A stretch of DNA of 64,000 nt from Candidatus Bathyarchaeota archaeon (GTDB lineage Archaea; Thermoproteota; Bathyarchaeia; TCS64). Position numbers and translations under genes: made by a program. The stretch lies in assembly GCA_026014815.1 (NCBI GenBank), contig JAOZHP010000076.1:7250-71249 (forward strand), written 5' to 3'. Shown piece after piece: positions 7,640 to 14,800 of the stretch; the stretch's first letter is position 1, and every line of letters starts with the position of its first letter. The notes beneath the pieces were generated by a model. That model did no database searches. It was given only the letters and a program-made list of their open reading frames with translations, and was not told the DNA's origin.

Positions 7640-8995
7640 TCAGCGGCTTGAGTCTATTAAGGATTGAATCTCAGCCGTTTTCGCCTTGATCTTTTTATTT
7701 GTCCATCCACCAAGCTCGTTGAACTCGAAAGGGTAGTAGTTTATCTCGGGTTTCAGCTTGATGTAGCTCCAGCTCATGGTCTTCAACTCGTCCTTGAACC
7801 GTTTGGCGAGAGCGACTCTTAGTGTTCCCCTGCTCTCACAGGGTGGGTCCATGAACGCCTTCTTGACGTTCTCTTCCGAGATTATGGTTCTCAGTCCGTG
7901 GCTCTCCACAAGTTCATCGTACAGCGGGTCAGTGACCGCTGTATACTGGTACATCGCTGCCTCTTTCGCTGCATCCATGCTTAGACCCTCCTCCACGATG
8001 TACTCGTCCAGCACTTTCTCTGTGAGCCTCATCTTGATGACCCACTCGATGGATGTGTCCAAGGATTCAATCAATCCCTCATCGAGCTTCCCGAGAACCC
8101 ACTTGAACTCACGAAGAGCCATCAGGTCGTGATCCGCAGGGCTTCCATCAGCGAAGACACGTTCAATCGCCTCAAGATAATGGGAGTTGAGGTAATCAAT
8201 GACCCTTATCTCAGCGCCCTCCTTCAAAGGGACAGTCCAGTCTCCGTCGAGGCTCAGTGAGATCGCTTTGTTGGACTCGATTGGAGCCTCTATCTCGGGC
8301 ACCGATGTGAGGTGTCCTTGCTCGATTGCCCTGAGGATATAGCTGGTGATGCTGTGCTTCAGGAACGTTGTTACCTCAGAACGGGCTCCCTCCCCATTCA
8401 CGATGTGGGCGCGACTGAAAACGTCGTCTGTGTGGGACTCGTCACGTGTGCTGATAATCGGGTAATCGGTGCTGGTCTCCGAGTACAGGGTCTTGGGGAA
8501 AATTGTTCGAGGAGAGACGAGGTATCTCCCGTTCACGTATCCACCTGCACCGCAGAAGACCTGCCTCAAAACGAGGTAAGGTATGAGAAGATGAATGTTC
8601 TCAACGTACTTTTCCCGTTTGACGAGGTAGTTCTCGTGGCTCCCAACGGTCGTGTAGGGTACCTCTCCTTTGGGGTCAGTGGCTATGTTGGTCTTGTAGA
8701 GGTGGACTTGTTCACCTGTGTCTTCTTGGTAGGTCCATGAGGCTAGTCGGGCGTACGCCTCACACGCTTTTTCATAAGCCAACATCTCCAAGGGGTTCCT
8801 ACACTCGGGGGTGCAGACCTCGAAGAGGTTGCCGTGGATGTAGCAGAGGCCACCGTTTCTGAGAAAAGCCCGTGGGATGCCGTCGTCTGGCTTGAAGACG
8901 TAGACCCCTCGTTTGCCGAGGGCCTCAAAGAGCCCCATGGGCCATGAACCTGCGGCGAACTCTTGTTCTGCTCCCTGCCACATATTTAGAGACAA
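7640..8995 (-). CDS. Pup ligase/deamidase (PafA/Dop) family protein, PafA-like with divergent active-site strand
   Basis: GAEQEF, FLRNGG..Y..E..TPEC, LYKTN, GSHENYL, RQVFCGAG, PIISTRDESH, RAHIVNGE and IEWVIK motifs. Confidence 0.85.
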   Translation of the reverse strand: MSLNMWQGAEQEFAAGSWPMGLFEALGKRGVYVFKPDDGIPRAFLRNGGLCYIHGNLFEVCTPECRNPLEMLAYEKACEAYARLASWTYQEDTGEQVHLYKTNIATDPKGEVPYTTVGSHENYLVKREKYVENIHLLIPYLVLRQVFCGAGGYVNGRYLVSPRTIFPKTLYSETSTDYPIISTRDESHTDDVFSRAHIVNGEGARSEVTTFLKHSITSYILRAIEQGHLTSVPEIEAPIESNKAISLSLDGDWTVPLKEGAEIRVIDYLNSHYLEAIERVFADGSPADHDLMALREFKWVLGKLDEGLIESLDTSIEWVIKMRLTEKVLDEYIVEEGLSMDAAKEAAMYQYTAVTDPLYDELVESHGLRTIISEENVKKAFMDPPCESRGTLRVALAKRFKDELKTMSWSYIKLKPEINYYPFEFNELGGWTNKKIKAKTAEIQSLIDSSR

Positions 8996-9023
8996 GTAAT
9001 CCCGTGAATGGGTGTCTGAGGCT

Positions 9024-9064
9024 GTAAATAATTTTTGATCAAGCCCTTGGAAGCCGTTATATAA
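9024..9064. promoter_or_regulatory. Divergent archaeal promoter region (PafA-like operon / amidohydrolase)
   Basis: Minus strand AAAAATTATTTA about 30 nt before 8995; plus strand TTATATAA at 9057-9064, about 30 nt before ATG 9093. Confidence 0.45.
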
Positions 9065-9083
9065 TTATTGTATATATTACGCA

Positions 9084-10793
9084 TTGATTTTTATGGCGAT
9101 TCCAGATGAACTGTACGCCGACCTCGCCCTCATCAACGGAAAGATTGCGACTATTGACAAGGATGACACAGTCGCTGAGGCCGTCGCGTGCAAAGGAGAA
9201 AAGATAATCAAAGTAGGCACCACCGAGGAGGTCAAAGCCTACATAGGAAAACATACACAGGTCATCGACCTCAAAGGTAAACTGGTAACCCCCGGCTTCG
9301 TGGACACCCACGCCCACTTCAGCAGCGGAGGCAGACGAGTCAGGACCGTTGACCTTCGTTACGTCAGGTCTATGGATGCTCTCATCGAGGAGCTGCGGAA
9401 GAAAGCTGAGACATTCCCCAAAGGCCGCTGGATACAGGGATGGGGATACAACGAGTCCAAGCTCAAGGAGAAACGGTTCCCCAACAGGTATGATCTCGAC
9501 AAGGCATCCACTGATCACCCAATATCAATTACAAGACAGGGAGGCCACGACGGGATACGAGTCAACAGTCTAGCATTAGAGCTAGCAGGCATCAGCAAAG
9601 ACACACCTGATCCTGAGCCACCTTCATTCATCCATCGTGACCCCGAGACCGGTGAACCCCTCGGCAACCTCCGTGAGGAGGGAGCGAAGCCTGTGCTTGA
9701 GCTAATAGCACTGGAACCCGTTCTAACGAAGGAGGAGATGAAGGAGGGGCTCAAGAACGCCATCAAGATGTTCCTTTCATTGGGCATCACGAGCCTTCAG
9801 GAGCCGGGCGCTCCAATGGACTTTTTACCCATGTATCAGGAGCTGCTTAATGAGGGTGAGTTCCACATAAGGAACAGCTTCCTCATAGCCGCGCCAATAT
9901 TGGGTCGTTCTTATCACAGGAACGAGCGGTACCAGTTGGCCACTGATCTCAGCGTCGAGGCAGGGTACATGACCCACTTCGGGGACAATCACCTCAAATT
10001 CGCGGGCATCAAGCTGGGACACGACGGCAGCATGAGTGCGGGTAACTGCGCTGTCTACGAGCCGTACCTCAACTACCCGACTCCAGATAACTATGGCGTT
10101 GTCCACGGGTACACCAACGAGGAGCTCAACGATGGACGCGCCCTCGCAGAGTTCGCCCCAATCGTCGTCAAGCTCCACAAGGCCGGTATGCGTAGCGGTT
10201 TAGGTGCTATTGGAGACAGAGGAATCGATTTCTTCCTAGACTCCGTCGAGGCCGCGTACAACGAGGACCCTAGGCCCGACAGCAGGCACAGCATAGAGCA
10301 CTGCAGCCTCCCAACACAGGCAGCGCTTGAACGGATGAAGAGGCTGGACGTGACCAGCTCAACCTCCGTAGGCTTCGGGTGGGAGCTAGGAGACCAGCAC
10401 AGAGGATTCATGGGTATGGAACGGATGAAGCGATACATGCCTATGAAAAGCTTCAAGGAGATGGGCATCGTGGCAAGCGGAAACGCTGACTGGCCTGTGT
10501 GTTCAGCGAACATCATGGAGGGTATACATGTCTGCGTCAACAGGACCAGCGAGACAGGGCAGGACCTGGGGCAGAGCCAAGCCATCAGCGTCATGGACGC
10601 GATAAGAGTCTACACATGGAACGGCGCCTACATCACCTTCGAGGAGGACATCAAGGGCAGCATCGAGCATGGTAAACTCGCAGACTTTGCTGTGCTAGAC
10701 ACCGATATACTGACCTGTGACCCCGCTGACATTGTCAAGACCAAGGTACTCACAACCATCGTTGACGGAAAAGTCGTCTACCAGATGGAGTGA
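9084..10793 (+). CDS. Amidohydrolase family 3 (YtcJ-like) metal-dependent hydrolase
   Basis: PGFVDTHAH, IGDRG, RHSIEH and GSIEHGKLADFAVL motifs. Confidence 0.9.
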   Translation: MIFMAIPDELYADLALINGKIATIDKDDTVAEAVACKGEKIIKVGTTEEVKAYIGKHTQVIDLKGKLVTPGFVDTHAHFSSGGRRVRTVDLRYVRSMDALIEELRKKAETFPKGRWIQGWGYNESKLKEKRFPNRYDLDKASTDHPISITRQGGHDGIRVNSLALELAGISKDTPDPEPPSFIHRDPETGEPLGNLREEGAKPVLELIALEPVLTKEEMKEGLKNAIKMFLSLGITSLQEPGAPMDFLPMYQELLNEGEFHIRNSFLIAAPILGRSYHRNERYQLATDLSVEAGYMTHFGDNHLKFAGIKLGHDGSMSAGNCAVYEPYLNYPTPDNYGVVHGYTNEELNDGRALAEFAPIVVKLHKAGMRSGLGAIGDRGIDFFLDSVEAAYNEDPRPDSRHSIEHCSLPTQAALERMKRLDVTSSTSVGFGWELGDQHRGFMGMERMKRYMPMKSFKEMGIVASGNADWPVCSANIMEGIHVCVNRTSETGQDLGQSQAISVMDAIRVYTWNGAYITFEEDIKGSIEHGKLADFAVLDTDILTCDPADIVKTKVLTTIVDGKVVYQME

Positions 10794-10916
10794 CCCTGCT
10801 CATTTTTTCATTCATCTTAATTATTTTACTGAAGTCTCCAATCCAATTAGGAAAAACCCTGAAATCGTATATGATGTTAAGTGACGCTTCAAATTAGCTG
10901 TCTAATCGTACCCTTT

Positions 10917-11555
10917 TTACTCTTTGAGAAGCCTCAATCCTGTCCTCAGAGTGGAGAATAGAAAGCATAACCCGAAAGCCACCATTGTGAAGTTACTGAA
11001 GAGCTTCAGTGTACCCGCCATGGGTAGACCTGTACCGATAGCTGTCCTGTACTCGGTGAAAACATAGTCAAGCAAGGCGTAGAGGCCGTTAAAGAACCCC
11101 GCAAAGGTTAAGGTAAGCAGACTGATACCCCAAAGTTTCCTCTCAGACGACAGATCCACGCCGGCTAAGGCAGCTGCCACCATCCCTACGTTTGGTTGTT
11201 GAGGGTTTTCCATGATGCTGTCTTGCTCGTATGAATCTGGCACATCCTCTGGGGGCATGTCAAAGTCGTTAGGTGTTGCTCCAGGCAGCTTGTTTCGCAG
11301 GCGTTTTAGCGGATTCATGTTGAGGTTGCCGAGGATGCTTAGCTTGGATATGAGTCCTTTAGGTTTCTCCGTGTATTCGTCAGATGAGTCGGTATAATCA
11401 GAGTAGTCAGAGTACTCGTCATCCACATCAGGGATGGACTTGGTCCGGCGTGTTGGCCTGTTGGAGCTAACACGTCTGTTCATGAGGATGATGGAGATGG
11501 CTGTCCAGAAGGGGATCAAACCACCGATTATGAGTACCCAGTTCACCTGAATCAA
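10917..11555 (-). CDS. Hypothetical membrane protein (N-terminal TM, acidic linker, two C-terminal TMs)
   Basis: Hydropathy pattern of the ORF only. Confidence 0.55.
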   Translation of the reverse strand: MIQVNWVLIIGGLIPFWTAISIILMNRRVSSNRPTRRTKSIPDVDDEYSDYSDYTDSSDEYTEKPKGLISKLSILGNLNMNPLKRLRNKLPGATPNDFDMPPEDVPDSYEQDSIMENPQQPNVGMVAAALAGVDLSSERKLWGISLLTLTFAGFFNGLYALLDYVFTEYRTAIGTGLPMAGTLKLFSNFTMVAFGLCFLFSTLRTGLRLLKE

Positions 11556-11618
11556 GTTAAATCCACTCTAAAGATGTTTAAACCGTCTATGGAACAGTAA
11601 TCAGGAAAGACGATAGCC

Positions 11619-12023
11619 TCACGAATCCGTCACGGTGATAACGTCTACTTCCATGTACGGCGCTGGGAGCACGGTTTTCACGGCGAGTAGAAGCTCTTCA
11701 TCCGTGATGGGCTTCAATAACACATCCCTGATGGCGAGTTCCCTCGGGAATAATTTGTCCTTTATCTGAGAGTACCCAGTGATGAAGATTATTTTTGTCG
11801 TTTTATCTATTTGACTAAGCTGTACGGCGACTTGTTCTCCGATGATGTCATGCATTATATAGTCAAGTAATGCTAGGTTGAACTTCTTGGCTTTCGCCTT
11901 CTCGATCGCCTCGTATCCTGTTGAGGCTGTTTCCACGTAGTATCCTTCATCCTCGAGAATCAGCTTGAAGAAGTAAAGTATGTCTTCGTCGTCATCGACT
12001 ATTAGTATGGAGTCACCGCTCAA
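11619..12023 (-). CDS. Stand-alone response regulator receiver protein
   Basis: LIVDDD, LLD (phospho-Asp), FITGY and KPI. Confidence 0.92.
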   Translation of the reverse strand: MSGDSILIVDDDEDILYFFKLILEDEGYYVETASTGYEAIEKAKAKKFNLALLDYIMHDIIGEQVAVQLSQIDKTTKIIFITGYSQIKDKLFPRELAIRDVLLKPITDEELLLAVKTVLPAPYMEVDVITVTDS

Positions 12024-12256
12024 CTAAATCATCCATACGTGAAAATTGGTTTATATATTGACTATGGATGCTAAAACTATACTTCGAGACTTGAAAATAT
12101 TTCCAGTTACATGGTTTGACAGGCATGAATACTATTTGACTGGATGAAGTTGATGTTTTGTAGTGGGGAAAATGGAAGGGTTTCTTTATTGTTGAGTTCA
12201 CAGTGTCCAGTTGCTTCTATGGGAAAACATTAATAAAATGGGTATTAATGTGAATA

Positions 12257-12517
12257 ATGGGAACGATGGGAAAAGCTGAAGAGTCCACAGTAGACGACAG
12301 GGGACGCATTTTGATCCCAAAAGAGATCCGGGATAAACTAGGGCTACAGTCAGGCAGAAACGTTCAGCTTACAATAGAGGACGACCGGCTGATCGTGACT
12401 CCCCCTGTGTCCCCTGAGAAGTTCATCGAGGAACTGGAGGGTGTCATCGTTGATGGGGAGCCAGAGATGGACCCTCTTCGCTTAAAGGACATCTGGGGGA
12501 AACTTGGTGAAGAGTGA
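12257..12517 (+). CDS. vapB: AbrB/MazE/SpoVT-family antitoxin (VapB-like)
   Basis: VDDRGRILIPKEIRDKLGL; overlaps the PIN gene. Confidence 0.85.
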   Translation: MGTMGKAEESTVDDRGRILIPKEIRDKLGLQSGRNVQLTIEDDRLIVTPPVSPEKFIEELEGVIVDGEPEMDPLRLKDIWGKLGEE

Positions 12518-12947
12518 AGACACAGTCTTCATCGACTCAAATATCTGGTGTTATTATTTTGACTCTCGGCTCCAAGAGCACAGCCAAATCGCTGGTGTCC
12601 TTCGTGACGCCCTCACGTCGATGAACGTGATTGTCAACACCGTCATAGTTATGGAGGTAGCTCACTACCTCTCAAGGAACCTTGAGCCAAGTCAAGCCCA
12701 GAGAGTAAGTGAGTTATTCATCAACCTTGAGAACCTGACCATCCTAGACTTTGATCAACCAATGATGAGGTCATCGATCAGCTACCTGAACAGGTTCTCC
12801 AAGACGCATGGCCTTGGAGGCAGGGACTCCACGATAATCACGTCCATCATGGAACACAAGGTAGCGTCCGTCATGAGTCACGATAGAAGTCTTTTGCGTT
12901 TGATGGATGAACTGGGGATCAAAACAATTGATCCAATGTCAAAATAG
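12504..12947 (+). CDS. vapC: PIN-domain toxin (VapC)
   Basis: FIDSN, E in VMEV, D in GRDS and SHD give the acidic PIN tetrad. Confidence 0.88.
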   Translation: MVKSEDTVFIDSNIWCYYFDSRLQEHSQIAGVLRDALTSMNVIVNTVIVMEVAHYLSRNLEPSQAQRVSELFINLENLTILDFDQPMMRSSISYLNRFSKTHGLGGRDSTIITSIMEHKVASVMSHDRSLLRLMDELGIKTIDPMSK

Positions 12948-12952
12948 AAAGA

Positions 12953-13086
12953 TGGTGGGGCCGGAAGGATTTGAACCCTCGATATTTGAGTTTCTCCGCT
13001 CCAGAAACTCGTCATTCCCCGTAGGGTCAGTTTCAGTGATTGTACTTTCTGGAGCCCAACGTCGTACCAGGCTGGACCACGGCCCC
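12953..13086 (-). tRNA. tRNA-Trp(CCA) with a 57-nt intron at 37/38 (12992-13048); CCA end encoded
   Basis: Acceptor GGGGCCG/CGGCCCC-ACCA; T arm GAGGG-TTCAAAT-CCTTC; anticodon stem TTGGG/CTCAA; CTCC/GGAG central helix of a BHB-like motif. Confidence 0.93.
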
Positions 13087-13176
13087 GCACCAAGCAAATT
13101 GCATGTAGATTCACCTAATAAATGATTCCCCAGCCACACAACCAATAAACGGGTACACACCCTAGAAAAAACCTGT

Positions 13177-13524
13177 TTGAGCCTCTTATTCAAAAGTCAA
13201 TACGTCACCATGATCACGGAGGGCCGCAAGACCCAGACGCGAAGACCCCGAAACCCAAACCTACAGATCGGGCAAACCATCCGCCTCAAACGTGGATACG
13301 CATTGTTCCTCCCTGACAGCATACAGGTAACCGACATCTACAAGCAGCACCTGGGAGACATGACAGCACACGACATAATATGCGAGGGCTTCCACAGCCA
13401 CGAGGAGTTCCAGGAGGCGTGGATGAACATCTACGGTGACTGGAACCCAGAACAACTGGTCTGGGTCATCGAGTTCAAGCATATAAAGCACAACGAAACC
13501 TTTAAAGAAAAGAGACGTGGATGA
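13177..13524 (+). CDS. ASCH domain protein
   Basis: ITEGRKTQTRR (GxKxxTxR), EGF...F...W..IY and VWVIEF. Confidence 0.85.
   Translation: MSLLFKSQYVTMITEGRKTQTRRPRNPNLQIGQTIRLKRGYALFLPDSIQVTDIYKQHLGDMTAHDIICEGFHSHEEFQEAWMNIYGDWNPEQLVWVIEFKHIKHNETFKEKRRG
13495..13506 (+). promoter_or_regulatory. Probable BRE/TATA promoter of the 5S rRNA, inside the 3' end of the ASCH gene
   Basis: GAAACC-TTTAAA about 23 nt upstream of the 5S 5' end. Confidence 0.5.
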
Positions 13525-13528
13525 TAGC

Positions 13529-13652
13529 TGGGTAACCGGCCAAAGGGCGTGGGACCCACCCGAACCCATCCGAACTCGGAAGTTAAACCACGCTCCGTTT
13601 GCGGCTTTAGTGATGTCTTAGGCTTCGCGAAACCGCGAAAGCTGGTGGCCCA
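13529..13652 (+). rRNA. rrf: 5S rRNA (unlinked)
   Basis: Helix I TGGGTAACCGGC/GCTGGTGGCCCA; conserved CCCATCCGAACTCGGAAGTTAA; about 124 nt. Confidence 0.92.
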
Positions 13653-13905
13653 CCTTCTAAACCAATAAACACTCATTCTAACGTACCTATCCACAACTCA
13701 AAAGAAAGGAAGGGGGGGGTAACACGAAAAACCCTGAAACAAACCCCTAAACCATAAACAAGCCCCAGAACAGCCCAGAACACATCACGGTACACGTAAA
13801 AAAGTGGTAGAGTAACCGGTTTTAAACACATAAAAACCCGGATTATCCAGTAACCGGAATAATTTTTTTTCGTGATATACCAAGCTACTTGAAGCGAAAA
13901 GAGGG

Positions 13906-14796
13906 TTAATTGACGATGCCCAAGCGGTGAAGCTCCTCTCGCAGAACCTCCATGGTTTTCGTCAGGCTCATCTGCTGATCCACGTACTCGTCACCCGTCA
14001 ATGTACCGGCCTTGAACTGACTCTCCAGTCCAGCCAAAGTAACATCTAACTCATCAACCCTGCCCCTGAGCAAGTCACCATAATCAGCCTGCTGCCCCTC
14101 ACTGGTAGGAGCAACATCCGCCTGCACCACCCCGTCATGTATACGCAGAATCCTGTCAGATACACGCGCGATTCTTGGGTCATGGGTGACCATCACCACC
14201 GTTTTTCCCAGCTCCTGGTTAATCTTTCGCAGGTACTCCACCACGATCCGGGCGTTCTCAGTGTCAAGCTCACCGGTAGGCTCATCCGCGAGGATCAAAG
14301 GAGGATCATTAGCCAACGCTGCAGCCAAGGCGATGCGCTGCTGCTCGCCACCGCTAAGCTCACCGGGCTTGTGATCCCTCCTGTCCTTCATCCCGACGAC
14401 AGTGATGAGTTCCTCGACGCGCCTCGTACGTTCATCCTCCTTGATGCCGAGGGCAGCCATAGGTAACTCAATGTTCTCAGCAGCCGTCAACGTGGCGATA
14501 AGATTCATGTTCTGGAAAACGTGACCAACTGTGCCCCGTCTGAAGTTCACTAACTCAGCTGGACTCATTTTGCTCAAGTCAGTGTCGAAAACCCTAATAG
14601 ATCCCGCAGTGACCTTATCGAGACCCCCGATCACGTTCAGAAGAGTTGATTTGCCTGACCCAGATGGGCCGATGAGGGCAATCATCTCGCCCTTCCTAAC
14701 GTTCATGTTAAGGCCACGGAGGGCCTGGACCTCTATCTCACCAAGCTTGTAGATCTTGATGAGGTCTCGCACGATCACAGCGTTTCTCTTACTCAT
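13906..14796 (-). CDS. ABC transporter ATP-binding protein (LolD/MacB type)
   Basis: GPSGSGKS, LSGGEQQR, ILADEPTGELD and VTHD. Confidence 0.95.
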   Translation of the reverse strand: MSKRNAVIVRDLIKIYKLGEIEVQALRGLNMNVRKGEMIALIGPSGSGKSTLLNVIGGLDKVTAGSIRVFDTDLSKMSPAELVNFRRGTVGHVFQNMNLIATLTAAENIELPMAALGIKEDERTRRVEELITVVGMKDRRDHKPGELSGGEQQRIALAAALANDPPLILADEPTGELDTENARIVVEYLRKINQELGKTVVMVTHDPRIARVSDRILRIHDGVVQADVAPTSEGQQADYGDLLRGRVDELDVTLAGLESQFKAGTLTGDEYVDQQMSLTKTMEVLREELHRLGIVN

Positions 14797-14800
14797 TTCA

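Noticed and set aside
12878-13193. Short ORFs 12878-13114, 12907-13125 and 12939-13193
   Set aside because: They overlap tRNA-Trp and are spurious.
13261-13694. Minus-strand ORFs over ASCH and 5S
   Set aside because: They are antisense to the ASCH gene and the 5S rRNA.
13690-13870. G-run, short AGCCCAGAAC and AGTAACCGG repeats and A/C skew, considered as a replication origin or CRISPR relic
   Set aside because: No ORB consensus, no cdc6/orc1 nearby and no regular repeat-spacer period.
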